Origin: Blasia pusilla
Taxonomy: Eukaryota
Assembly (NCBI GenBank): GCA_050084515.1
Contig: CM114271.1
Span: 35,402,001 to 35,466,000 of the forward strand
DNA: 64,000 nt
Direction of reading: 5' to 3'
This document shows, in pieces, positions 13,734 through 27,778 of this stretch (the first letter of the stretch is position 1; each line of letters opens with the position of its first letter). Made by a program: the position numbers and the translations under genes. The notes under the pieces are model-generated. The model did not search any database, was not told where the DNA came from, and saw only the letters and a list, made by a program, of their open reading frames with translations.

Positions 13734-16700
13734 TATAAATAGAGCTCATCAAAACCTTGGGTAGCATATTCATGTAGCTATAGCCTAAAGTTACAACCAA
13801 TTTCCAAAGACTAAATACAATTCCCCTCGAGCAAACCCATTGAGAATAAAGGTAGAAGGTCACTACCTTCAAAAAGATAATTTTTTTCCTTTCTCCCAAT
13901 ATGAAACTATGAATTAAAAAATATAATGACATTGGCTGTATGCCAAATATCAAATATATGTACTTCAGTCACACATGTCAATTTGACCACAATAACTACT
14001 CCTATCGTAAGTTTCTCCAAGAAGGAGCTTTGAACCCCTTCTTGTTATGGGATAATCCCTTCTTGATTTTCAAACACTTGTTTGATTGACACATGACACT
14101 CACGTATCAAGAAAATATGTTGGAAGCAATAAGAAAATCTCTTTTTGAACTTTTTTGAAACATGATTGACGTTGGGCAATGCTCTGGCTGCACCTCATTA
14201 TGGAGAACACGAATGACAACAAAATGAATTTTGTGAACAATGGAAGATGGAAAGGAGAATAATATCATATTTTGTACAACACATAAAAGAGAGAAATACC
14301 ATGAAATAAAAATCTTACCAAACCATAGTTTACAAAACTTCTCGAGCAAAACTTATGAGGTAAGAATAAAATTATATAAAAGATCAAAGATTAGGAGATA
14401 TTTGTGATGATCATACAAAGACATCCTATAAATGGGTGACACTCTTATCTAATGGCCTAATCTATTACATTCTTATCCTCCTTTAGGGATGATGGTGTTT
14501 TCCCACCTTGATAACATGCTTTAAATAAAAAAGAATCAAAAAATTTTATAATTAAATATGGACCATAAAAAATTTTCTTAAAGCAAAAATAAAGTAAGAA
14601 AGAGAGAAAATTTATACACTATTCACAATGAAAGTTCACAGCTAATTATAGCAATTCAACATAGTTTGTATATTAATTGGCATTTCTAGATCCGTACATA
14701 TGCCTTGTTTGTTTTATGCACTTGGCCACATTGTCCTTAGGAGTATAACTACTTCGTGGAAAATATATTTGATCACCCAAGAGAATAGATAGATATAATT
14801 CAACGGTTTGGGAAAATTATATTTATATTTTCAACAATGGAAATAGAAAATTTCAGTAACGGAAAGAGAACATCAAATTATGGTAAAGAAAAAGAAAATT
14901 TCAAGAAAAATCTCAAAATATAAAATCATTCCCATAGACATTTTAGCGATGAAAGCATGATCAAATTTTTATTTGGGGGACAGAGGGGAGGGGGGCAATG
15001 TACCAGACTATTTGTGGCAATTAAAAAAAAGGGAAAATTTCCAAGAGATATCCCAATAACATAAATCTAAGTTTAAATTCTTTAGCAATATATTTTTCAA
15101 TGAGAAGTTGACTCTTTTAAACATGTGGATTTAATTAAAAATTGAAAATTTATCTTACGAAAGGATACTTACCAAAATAAAAAAAGGTTTGCATCAACCT
15201 TTAGCTACTAAACGTAGATCTTACACAAAAATTCATTCACAACTCAAACTCAAAGTTTACACTTATTGGAACCAAATGGTTGAGCTTGATTGTACAAGTT
15301 TGCAAAGGAGGTTGATTCTTATTGGTGCATATATACCTCTGCAATGCACACATAAAAATTTCAGAAAATAACCTCCAAGGATTAATTTTATTTTGTTTAA
15401 AGAATTCTTGAGTCCATCAATTATGTGAGATTTCAACCCAATATGAGAACCTATGTTATCTTAGTACTATAGATGTGAATAAGGGTATAAGAATAAAAAA
15501 TATTTGTGGCACAAGAACTACATATAGGATTAAAGTACGCATGGATCAATATTCCTTTTTGTATCTATGTTTCTAAGAAGTAATGTGGCTTGGAAAGGAT
15601 GAGGGTTGTAAATTAATGGGAGAAGAAGGAGCAACGAGGATTGAGATGTAATAAATTTTCAATTTATGCACCTCCAATTCTCCAAGAATCCATCCAAAGG
15701 TTGGCTTGTTGCAAGCTTATTTTTTTCATTCCATTATGCATTTCTTGACTTCTTTCCTTATTGGGATGTTATTACCTTTTTTTTTCCTCTTTTATAGTTT
15801 TTTCAATATAGTAAAGTGGAGATTTATAAAGGTGGATCTTCCTTTACATATACTTTCATCCTAGGTGGACAAAAGAGAGTGCTATGCCAAAAAAATCTTC
15901 TAATTGGAGTCTTAAAACTCTTTTTTAGGCCTCCAAAAGATTAATGTTTTCTAATCCGTCCTCTACCATTAATATACACATCACATCCTCTCAAGAGTAC
16001 CCGCTTGATTCTTTCTTTCCAATAGAAGAAGATAATTATATTCTTCCAAAGCTTAAAATCATCCAATAAGAATCCATGGGCAAAATATCAACATCCCATT
16101 GATGTAAGTTAAATTTCAATATGAAAAAATTATCCTCTATTAGAAAAAGTAATTTTTCATTCCAAGAAAATATTATGTAATGAAAAAAATAGAAAAAATA
16201 CTCACTCTTTTAAAGTCACAAGACACCTCATTATTTAGTTAGAGTATTAACTCTATAGAAATTAAATGATCTTCCTTCTTTCATTTATAAATATAAATGA
16301 AATCATAAAAATTATGTTCATAGGTAATAAATCCAACATAGTAACTCATTTGATCTTTCCAAAAACTTTTGATTTTCCTAATTAAAAATATTCCTAATTA
16401 ATTTCTTAAAAGTCATAAAATATCCTCAATTTGCAATGAGTAATCTATATTATTATTATTAGAGACACATTTCAGTATAACCTATGGATTGGTTGATGGA
16501 TGCTACTTATGCCCTATTAAGTTCAATTTTTTTCAAATTTAGAATATCTCTAACGTCCCCTTTCATAGATATGTATTTGTTTACATTCTTCATATTCTGA
16601 TATTTCATATTATTCGTTCCTTTATCTTCTTCATTTGAATAGGATATTACACATATAAGTTGGACCGACCCCCACTTATTGTAACCATACATGAGATTCA

Positions 16701-16779
16701 ACAACCAAAATTTCTTTGCCTTCAAATCTATTCGTGGTCGGTGAAATCTAAACCCGAAGGCTATGCACACCAATACTAA

Positions 16780-16915
16780 TGTTAGAGAGTGTCTCTTATT
16801 TTGCAAACTCCTATCGTCTTGACACTTAGTATTCTCGGCCAATATATTATTGTTAGAGAGTGTCTCTTATTTTGCACATTCCTATCGTCTTGACACTTAG
16901 TATTCTCGGCCAATA
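16780..16915. repeat. ~70-bp tandem duplication
   Basis: tgttagagagtgtctcttattttgca...tcctatcgtcttgacacttagtattctcggccaata occurs twice; resembles the 5' region of mini-Helitron family A. Confidence 0.85.
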
Positions 16916-17121
16916 CGATCGCTTACTTTTTGAACCAGTTCAGTAATTGAAAAATTATTTAAAAAATAAATTTTGTGATAAAAAATTAAACCCTCAAAGT
17001 GGACGGACCTACACTAATGACTCTAATGACTCTGACATTATATAGCACTAGTAAGTGTTCGGAAGTGCCAATGGGATGCGGGCATTTTTTTTAAATACAA
17101 TAGGTCATCACGTCAAAATAA

Positions 17122-20100
17122 TCTATACTATTAAAAGAGTCTAGGGTTCTGGCAGGGGCTTTCTTCGCATGACACGTGTCTGTTATGAAGGCCTACTGAC
17201 TTGCCACGTGTCCTTCCATACTCCCCTTCCAGGCCACGTTGGATTTTTGGGTGGCGGCGTATTTGTTATGATTATACCGTATATTTCTTGTACCAGAACC
17301 AACCATATGTTGTGTTAAAATTCAGTAGCCAGTAGCCGGTTTTTACCATTAAGGAAAGTAGTGGAGTTAGTGAACGACAGTTGCGATTTCATTCTACAAA
17401 ATCTAATTTGAAACCTAATCAGATTTGAAATGAGGGGTTGGACACTTTGGGGTCTTAGGAACAAGTATTTAACCACAAGACTCACATCGCGCTCTTCATT
17501 TGGGGAATTTTTTACACACATAGGAGGTGAGACTTAGATTTCCGTTTTTGATCATGTAAAAGCTAAACGAGTTTGCTTAAATTTATTGATTTTATATATT
17601 CGATTCTACTTTCTATTCTTTCTACTATTCTTTATGGAAAGGTTATACAACTTTCTCTTTTAACATGATTGTTGAGTAGAGAGTACATTTTGAAGACGGC
17701 TACTTTGTAAGTTTTCTCCTTCCAACATTGATTTTCCATGCTTTTGAATGTTGACATGCAAACCCAAAGATACACCAATGAGAATTTAACAACATTCTTC
17801 ATTTGCACAGAGGAAGAGGTGAGATGTCTAAGCATACAAAATGAAATCTACACAAGCAAAGGAAGCAATGCAATCAAGAAAACTTACCTTTCAAGTTCAA
17901 AGAAATACTACGGTGTTAAGCCGGCGGATACTCCACCTTCGGAGAGACACGGTCTCGATTTCTGAAAATGACTCAATCAGGTTGAGTCAGTCCAGGAAGA
18001 CTCAAGCAAAGTCATCCGAGAATGGGGACACGATTAGTTTGAAAGCGATGCCAAAGGGATTCACCACCCTGAGAACAGAGAGGAACCCTTCATCGAGTCA
18101 TCTTGTACTTGAAATTCCATTCAGATCCTTAGAGTATCATGATGGCCTACATCAAAGCGGCCTCTAAGTGACGATAGAAACCAAGCAAAGGAGAAATGCG
18201 TGCACTCTTGAAGAGTACATTCAAATCGATTAAGGACATCCAGTTGAAGAGAAAGTTCAAGGCCACGAACCAAGAGACTCTACATGAAGTTTAGTAGGAG
18301 TACAAAAAAGATGTCGAGGCTAGCTAAATAAAGGAGATCAATGCAAGTAGCGTTGCCTTCAAATTTAAAAAGCTCTCTATCAAAATGTAAGCAAAATTTG
18401 GTAATTGTGTGCATTTGGTCACTATGTATCCCTATGATAGAGATTGAGCACTCCCATCCCTAAAAACCTACTTGGCAAAAAATAAGATGTAGTGAACGTC
18501 AAAATGCGCAGGGGAAGCGGGAGAGCCCTAGATTTAAGGCGTAAGGAGGCTAAAAAAACATGTCTTAAAACGCTCATGCTTGCCCAAATGAGATTATTAG
18601 CCAGGGCAAACAAGAAGGGAAGGGGGCAAACGACTGCGCTGAGCTTTCAGGAGTGCAAGGCTAAAACACCATAGCCCCAAGAAAATCGGTAGAGTATGCA
18701 GAGAGGAAGAGCTAGGCGAGATTTTAAATAAGACATGTGCCAGTGGCCTCTGCAGAGTAAGGGCGGGCAACAAGAGCGGCCTCTGCATGAGCAACGAAAA
18801 GAAAGGTCGGGGGTCGCGAGGGCGGGCATGAGGGCGCAAGGGCGCGCACCAGGGTGTCTGTGAACGTCAAACTGCAGGGACCAAACACGGGGAGAGCCCT
18901 GGATGGCAGACATAAGGGGAGGCCGAAAATAGAGCACATGGCTCAAGCTCGGCCGAGAACGCTCATGCTTGCCCAAAGGTGACATTGAGATCAGTCGACG
19001 AGAGCGGATCCTGCAGGCAAACAGCAAAGAAGGGCAGGGGGGCAACACGACCTGCGCTTGCGCTCAGGAGCGCAACCTCGAGCTAAAACACCATAGCCCC
19101 AAGAAAAATCCACAGAGCTGCGAGAGAGGAAGAGCTAGGCAAAGATTTCGAGCACAGAAGACCGGCCCGAGTGGCCTCCGCAGAGTGAACGAGGGCGCAA
19201 GGGCGCGCACCAGAGTGAGGCGATTACCGACGCGAGGGCGCAAGGGCGCAAGCAAGGGCGAGGCGCCGACCGAGAGGGAGGGCGAGGCGGAGAGAGGGAG
19301 CGCACTGGCCGCTTGGGCCTGTGCGAAATGAGTGAGGAGGTCGGGCCCCCTTGGGCGGAGATCGGACCATCCGATCTCCGCCCCTTCATCCAACGGTTGA
19401 CACAACTCTGAGATCGGACCGTCCGATCTCACAGCCCTAAATTTGACGGTGCTGATGCACCTATGATCCTACATCGTCGGATTCGCCTGACCAAGATCTA
19501 ACGCTCCAAATCGAAAAAATCAGACGTTCGAAAATTATCAGGCCAAAATTCTCTTTTTTCATTTTTATTTTCCTGTTTTCATTTTTCATTTTCTTTCCTT
19601 CACTAATTTTTGTTTTCTTTCCCTCACTACTTTTTAAAAATTCCAATAAAATCATTTCTTCCCTTCTATTCTCCCGCTCTTAAAAAAAAATCATTATTTT
19701 TTCTCAAACTTTTCCCACTTCCCTTCCTATTTTTTTTCTCTATAATCTTTTCTATACTTTTTCCCATTTCACTTTTACTCTACTACATCATAAGTTCTAT
19801 TGTATTTCTTTCCAAGTTTTTCTTCTCAATCCCCCGTCTTTTTTAGGTTCCAAAGATTTTGATCCACTTTTTTCCTTTCTCTTACTTTTTCCTTACTTTC
19901 CCCTTCTTTCACTCTACTTTTTATTCTTCTCCACTTTCTCCCTTCCTTTCCATTTTAGTACCAAAATTTCATCTACTACATCACACCTTCTATCTTATTT
20001 CTTTTCAATATTATCTTCTCAATTCCCCGTCTTTTTGTCTCTGTTCAAAATAATTTTCTCCGCTCTTTTCCTTCGTCTTACTTTTTCCTTTCTTTTCGAG

Positions 20101-23100
20101 GGGAATTTTGAAGTTCATTATTAATTTCTTTCACTCTATGCTTTTTTTTCATCTTAATCTATTTCTCCACTTTCTTACCATTTTTCTCTTCGTGTGTATA
20201 GCATATATTTTTGGATGTTGGGATGGAGCATCGTGCACTTCGTGATATTACAAATTTACCTCAAAGATTGCAACATGGAGAAGTACCTCCTGCTCCACTT
20301 GGTCTCCCCAACGTACGGTGCCCAAGTTCCTCCAATCTCTTTCAATTGTTGCGCTTTTGTGAGGGTGTTGAAATGCATTTTTTTCCATATAATCTAATAA
20401 GATGTTGGCCTTATTGTGTATATAGACTTCCTCTCCCAGAAAATCATGTAGATTTACGGGATTCTCGAAAGGTACTTCGTGCCGAGGCCCAAAAAAGAAA
20501 TCGAGCAATTCGTGCTCAAAAGTTAGGAGATCGAAGAAAACGACAACCACCCCCTCTCCTCATTGAATCATCTCCCACGTGAGTTTTTCCTATGGCCCAT
20601 ACTTTGCAATTTCGATTCTAATCCTTTTGAGCCAAATTTAGCCTACTCACCCAAATTTTTGGTGTTCGTTTCTAACATTTTTGCATGCAATCTGGTTGCA
20701 CAGACTTATTATTCCATCAAATCCAACTAGATTTCGTGACTTCCAAAAGGTATTACGTGGGGAGGCCCGGAAATGAAAACGACTTCTTCGTGCCAAGAGT
20801 TTAGCAATGAAAAAACAAAAAAATGCAATCTATCAACGAGATTACAAAAGAAGACGAGAAGTAAAAGGAGGAAGCCGTCACAACCTCTGACGATCATTTA
20901 CTATGCAAGACCTAATTTCTAGGTAAGGTAGTTGTAGGCATGGTATGTAGATTCTCGCGTTTCCTACATCACACATACATGCATTATCCATGAAATTTTG
21001 ATGATTATATTCTAATTTTGTGTTTGTAGGCCCGCGACCCACGAGGGGATTATGGACATGGACAATGTAACATGTAACATTCCTATTATGGAGGATATCT
21101 ATGTACCTCAAGATGAACAACCTATGACCATTATGGAGGATATATCCATTCAACAAGATGGTCAACTTACAAATGATGGTACAACAATGGTGGAGGAGAT
21201 ATCTATTCAACAAGAAGACAAGGTTATCAACAATGTTTCCACACACAATACATTTGAGGTATCTACTCATGTAACACCTAGAGATGTCGAGCAAGTATCT
21301 TCGGTATATCATGGATTAAAATCTCCCAACGGAAACTCCTCAATCACCAAATCATAATGTTGGACGAGTTTCAAGAGTTAACACGTCACGCAATGTTGCA
21401 CGAATTCGGAACTTCCACGAGAGCGATATAATGAAGTTAAGACTACGAGCAAGTATCAACCAAGTAACTGGGCGTCATACTATTGGTTCTATGACAGAAA
21501 CATGCCCTTCATGTTATGCCTTACATTAGAAGTGTGAAAAGGTAAAGAGTACAAGGTATCAAAACTCGCCTTTTGGAATGTGTTGTAATCATGGAAAAGT
21601 ACAACTACCTTTCTTAAGGTGTTGTCCTCCATTCTTGAAATCGTTGATTTCTGGTGTTGGAGCTGAAAGTCTTCATTTTCTTTCACACACTCGAGCTTAT
21701 AATTGTGCTCTTCAGTTAGCATCTATTGGAGCTCGAGTAAAGGAGCAAGTTGCTGGCACCGGACACTTTCGTATTCAAGGTGGAATTTATCACAGCATCG
21801 ACCCATTGCATGCCGATGAGGGGAGTAATCCCCAATTTGCTCAACTATACATCTACGATATTGAAAATGAATTGGAAAATCGAGAAAAAGTTATGTCTAA
21901 TGATCTCCGACCTGAGATCTTAAGAGGGTTGCAAGATATGTTACATGAACATAATCCCTATGTGAGGATATTTCAACACATTGCAAATGAGGCAAGTGGA
22001 TCTAATCTTTGTATCATTCTAAAGGCGCATGATCGAGGAATGGATTCAAATGTTATAGCTTCCCAAGCTGCATCCGAGGTTGCGGCAATCTTACACAGTG
22101 ATGGTAGTGAACATGTGAAGCCACGTGATATTATTGTCCAATTATATGGTGGAGGACTTCGTCGTATTTCAGATCTAAATGAAGCATATGTTCCATTACA
22201 TTTTGTTCTATTATTTCTCTATGGTGAAGCAGGATGGCATCCAGGAATACCTCTTGGGAGATTTGAGGAAACCACGAGTGCCAATATTCCTACTACATTG
22301 GATGGAGACATGGAAGGATCTGATGACTGTATTGAGGAAGAAAGAATTGATGATAAGATTCTTCATGAAGGAAGGAGAAAAATAGTTACAGCGCTACAAT
22401 TTGCCTCTTTTCGACTTCAAAACCGTGTTGGTGCCGTTGACGATAATCGTTTGCTTCGATTTGGGCGTCTTACTCAAGAGTACATGGTTGATTTGTATCC
22501 TACAGTAGAGATGCAACGACTATCTTGGGTTTGATTAAATCAAAAGGAGTTGCGAGCTGAATTATATCAAGGTCTAAAGGATATCCTATATCAAAGTGAC
22601 AGAGATGGTGCAAGGTTTGGGAGGCGTATTGTATTACCTCCTTCTTTTAGTGGAGGCCCAAGCCATATGCATCAACTTTATCAAGATTCAATGGCCATTG
22701 TGAGGCACCATGGGTAACCAGATTACTTTCTAACAATGACGTGCAATCCTAAATGGGAGGAGATCACTTCAACACTATTACCTGGTCAACAACCTGCTGA
22801 TAGACCAGATTTGATTGTGCGAGTTTTTGAGAAAAAAAAAAAGTTATTAAGGCTTATTCTCGAGAAGCACATATTGGGAAGGGTTGTTGGTTGCATTCAT
22901 GTGGTTGAATTCCAGAAAAGAGGTCTACCACATGTACATATTTTGATTATTCTTCATCATGAGGATAAGCCACGCTCAACATCTGATTATGATGATAGAA
23001 TATCTGCTGAGATTCCTAATCCAAACACTCATCCCAGACTTCATTCTTCTGTGGCTGATTGCATGGTTCATAGCCCATGTGGACAACTTAATCCCAAATG

Positions 23101-26100
23101 CTCCATGCATGGATAAGGAAATCAAGAAGTGTACCAAAGGTTCTCCTAAGCCCTTTGCAAGCATAACTACGGAGAGTGAGGATGGATATCCGATTTATCG
23201 AAGGTATGTAATCGAACTTTGCATCTTTTGGATTTTCAAAATTTTCCTAACATCTGATTTTTTATAAGGTGAATTTATATTAAAATTTTCCTTCATTCTT
23301 ATGATACAGGCTGGATAATGGAATAAAAGTAATGAAGTGCGATCAAAGTTTTTGGACAATCGTTGGGTCGTTCCTTACAATCCTTTGTTATGTACTCTCT
23401 TTGATTGTCATATCAATTTGGAGATCACAAATACCATTTCATCTGTGAAATATTTATACAAAATATGTATATAAGGGATCCGATGCGATATCATTTAAGG
23501 TTTCAAATAAGGCAAGCACTGAAACGACAAGGGAGGTAATCGATGAAACTTCACATTATCTTGATGCAAGGTAATCACTCTTTTGTGAATTCTTTTTCCA
23601 TTCCTTAAATATGTCTACATTCGAGAGCATATCACACTTTACTAATTTCTTTTCATAATTTTTGTGTATCATTTATATAGATACGTTTCTTCCTCTGAGG
23701 CATGTTGGAGATTGTTCAAGTTTAGCTTACATGCGGAAAATCCAAGTATTATAAGGTTGGCAGTTCATCTACCCGAGTTACAAAGTGTTTTCTTCAACGA
23801 TCACGACAATGTTGAGGAGATACTACAAAGGAATAGGGAGACAACTCTTACACAATGGTTTGCAACTAATCAATTAGATTTGGAGGCTCGAAAATATCTA
23901 TACATCGACTTTCCTTCCTATTATCGTTGGAACAAAAAAAAATGGATTCGTAGAATTCAAAGGAGAAATGGTTGTGGTCATCCCATTGGTCACTTATATC
24001 TTATTCATCCAAGTAAATATGTTTGTAATTTCCATAATGTACTTACAAATTACGTAAATTTTCAAACGTCCTTTTGATTATTTTCATGTTTGGTATATTA
24101 AGCGATTACATTCAAGTTTTGATGATAGGTAAAGGAGAACGACATTGGTTGCGATTGCTGCTTCATCATGTTCGAGGCGTAACTACGTATGAATACTTGA
24201 GAACTGTGCAAGGAGTGCTATATCCAACATTTAAAGAGGCTGATATTCATATGGGGCTTCTTGAAGATGATAGGGAAGTATTCTCATGCTTTCAAGAATC
24301 ATCAGAAATCCGCACAAGTCGTACGCTTCGCCAACTCTTTGCAATTATTCTCGCTTACAACACCCCAACTCGACCCGCTCAACTATGGAGTCAATTTTTT
24401 ATCCCACTCATAGAGGATATCTTATATGAACGACGCGAGGTAATTCCTATTCCTATTTTTATGATAATAATTCTTATTTTTGGCTTTTTCTTTTGGACTT
24501 ACTCCCGTATCGTTTTCTATATATATGCAGAAAATAGGGATTCCTGATCTTGCTCCAGATGCTTTAATTATTAACACAACATTATTGGATATCCACTACC
24601 ATTTGCAAGATCAAGGCAAACGATTATCCGATTTCCTTGATATGCCTCAAGCAGATTTCCAAGCTTCATCTTCATATTCGTATTTGGAAGCAGAAGAGCT
24701 AATGTATGATCGAGATGACTTATATGAGCAAGCTAGGTTAGGAGAGGAAAATTTGAATGATGGACAAAGGTTGATTTGGGATGCTAAACAAAATAAACTT
24801 GATAGCATTATTGCTGGTGATATTTCTTCTGGTTCAAAATTGTTCTTCATTGACGGCCTAGTAGAACAGGAAAAACCTTTTTATACAATCTTCTTCTTGC
24901 AAGTGTACGAGGTGCTGGAGGCATAGCTTTAGCTGTCGCTTCTTCGGGAATAGCTGCTTTGTTGTTAAATGGAGGACGCACTGCGCACTCACGCTTCAAG
25001 ATTCCAATTAATATAGATGAAAACTCCACTTGCAAGTAAGTATTAAACAATTTTATGACTTTGTAACTCTTTTAATATTGTAAAGATAACACTTACCCAA
25101 CATACTAATATCTTTTGGTATATTTTTGTAGTTTATCCATTAATAGCGAAGCTGCGCGCTTGATTCAAAGGGCCTGGCTTATCATATGGGATGAGGCACC
25201 GATGACTCATCGTCATGCATTTGAGTCTGTAAATCGATCCTTTCAAGATATCATGGGAGTGGTATCGGAAGACTTGAAGAATGTTCCGTTTGGTGGCAAA
25301 TTAATAATCTTTGGTGGGGATTTTCGCCAAGTGTTACCTGTTGTTCGTCATGGCGACCGTCCAAAATTTATTCAAGCCACATTAAAGAAGTCATATTTAT
25401 GGTCTCATGTGAGGATAATGAATCTTACAACGAATATCAGATGTCAAAATTTGGAGGTGAACATGCGTGTACAACAACAAGCTTTTGCAAATTGGTTACT
25501 GGAGGTTGGAGAGGGACGTGTGCCTTATGAATATCACTTGGGAGAGGATTTAATACGATTGCCAATGATATGGTGACCAAGAGTAAGAATATAACTGATC
25601 TTATTGACATCATCTATGGAAATGATTATGAAAAGTTTCGTGACATCACATTTTTAAGAGATACAACAATTCTTACACCAAAAAATCGAGATGTTGATTG
25701 GTGATCCGTGGATTCATGCAACATGTCATTGATGCTGAAATTATCACAGGGAAGCACACTGGAGATCGAGTCTTTATTCCACGAATCCCATTGATTGCAT
25801 CAGACTCGGGCTTACCTTTTGATTTACGTAGATTTTAATTTCTTATTCGTCTTGCTTTTGTCATGACTATCAATAAATCTCAAGGTCAAACTTTGAAAAA
25901 GATAGGAATTTACTTACCTACATCAATATTTTCTCATGGTCAATTGTATGTAGCATTGTCAAGAGGAAAAAAAAAACAATAAATATAACGATAGGAAATG
26001 ACGCACTTTCAAGTGAAAAAATTCATTTCACACGAAATGTGGTGTGTAAAAAAATCTTTTAATAAAATAAATTTTTTATTATTAACATGTCATACCCGTA

Positions 26101-26121
26101 CATCGCAGGGCACCTTATTAG
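17122..26121 (+). mobile_element. Degenerate autonomous-type Helitron, ~9.0 kb
   Basis: 5' a|TCTATACTATTAAAAG; 3' cccgtacatcgcagggcaccttaTTAG|t (CTAG with C>T) following the RepHel coding region; A|T target. The 5' boundary is inferred and less certain than the 3' end. Confidence 0.75.
20211..26062 (+). pseudogene. Helitron Rep/PIF1-helicase (RepHel) pseudogene with spliceosomal introns
   Basis: Zn finger CPSC...CCNHGKV; Rep motifs FLTMTCNPKW and VEFQKRGLPHVH; helicase motifs FFIDG(frameshift)[66 protein letters not shown]. Stops (e.g. 22532, 22716) and frameshifts are present. The start at 20211 is tentative. Confidence 0.88.
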
Positions 26122-26959
26122 TAATATTTAGAAAAGACGTGTCAAAGCCCAAATGAAAGGGGAAAATCGATCCTCGGATTGGATTTCGAATTCTGCTCCG
26201 ATTTGCCTTTAAGATAGAAAAGCCTTTCGCTATACAAAACCGGTAAAAGATATATAAAGAAATATATAAATAAAAAACCTTAAAAGGAAATAGCAATAAG
26301 AAATTACGAAGGCGGCCACAACGGAATCGGCAAAAGTGACACCTCTACGATAAAAAAGATTAGGTCTTGATTAGCCACGTGGTCTACCGGTTCCGCCTGT
26401 CAATCACGAAACAACAGTGACTGTTGTACCACAGTCCGATCCACAGTTGTCGACATCCGACCGCGACAAGGCTCCCATCGTAGGGTGCTCCTTTGCCGCC
26501 CGTCCATTCTCGTCGCTGTCTGTCCACGTGGACATCCCAGAGCGCTGCGGTCTACGAACCTGCCCCCCACTACTGCGCGACTGCGCTCCACACGAGGGAC
26601 TCAGGGGGACGACCGCCCGCTTCGGTTTCCTCAACGTCCTGGTAGTCGGTAGTCCTATCCACATTTCGGTGTACACGTGTAGGCTTCAGTGATACATGTC
26701 ACGAGAGTTGATCTGGAAGTTTATCCTTGTGCGCACCGGGATGCGGGCGGAAGTTGCCGAAAGGAAAACTGCCAGCTTTGCAAGGATCGACCGACAATCC
26801 GAACCGACGTGCCGACTGTAGTCGTACTATATATGCCGTCGCTGTCGTCCATTCCAATGGCACCAACTGCTGACGAGGAACGAGGGAAAAAGAAACACGA
26901 CCTGCTGACGAGGCGGCTAACGAAGATAGAAAGAAAAGCGAGGCGAAGATAAAGAAAGA

Positions 26960-27778
26960 TGCACTTCGATAAAAACGAGTGATGGAAAATCCATCGGAAG
27001 TACAAAAGAGGGGGACTCAAAGAGTCAAAACCTGAAGGCCACAACAAGACCAGAAAAGGAAGAAGGGGGCATTCCCCCCCTAACGACGAAACTCACCAAC
27101 AGTAGAGACAATATCAGCAACAACAAGAGAGCTATGACTACTACTAAGTGGGCCTCTAGCGCCGGCGTCTCCCACAGCCTGAGCCCGCTGCAAAATCCCA
27201 TTAGCCTGGGCACGCTGCAACGCTATGGAGACCGCTGCGCCCAATACTCAGAATCGCAGTAGCTAAGGACAACCCATTTCTCGAGTGGAGATGATGGCGC
27301 GATCCGTAAAGGAATGAGTCGAACCTCTCCCCCATAGCCCCATACATCTCTATGGCCAGGGGGATGAAGATGTGTCCTCGTGTAGTCGATCAGAGATATG
27401 TGTCTTCTTCACCGCCGCCGCCGCCGCTCTTGTAGCATTCGCCCTTGGGCCACCACTTGGGCTCGCACTGCCTCCCGCGTAGGATCTGTGACTACCACGT
27501 CCGCCACAACCACCTCAGCCTCACGTGTCATGTAGAGATCGGCACGAATGAGGGAATCCCGCATGGAGTAGTGTCTCTCTCTCTGCACATGGAAGCCACT
27601 CTCCCGAGCAATCTGAACATGATATCCCGCCTTTGCATCGTGAGTGGCTATCCTCTCACCCCAATCGACAGCGTGCCAAATGCACACCAAGTGGATCCAG
27701 GCTCCGGCGACACTCGCAGTGTGTCGAACCAACCACCGATGGTTGGGGGAGGCCCAAGCGGAGCCGCATCGCTGTGGT
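26960..27778 (-). mobile_element. 5'-truncated CRE-like non-LTR retrotransposon (zinc knuckle, RLE domain, 3' tail) with 14-bp TSD
   Basis: TTAMRLRLGLP...HCECRRSLDPLGVHLARC, RADLYMTREAEVVVADV. Flanked by aagataaagaaaga at 26946-26959 and 27795-27808. Confidence 0.85.

Noticed and set aside
18597-19432. Multiple overlapping 70-130 aa ORFs
   Set aside because: GC-rich duplicated sequence open in many frames; no domain signal.
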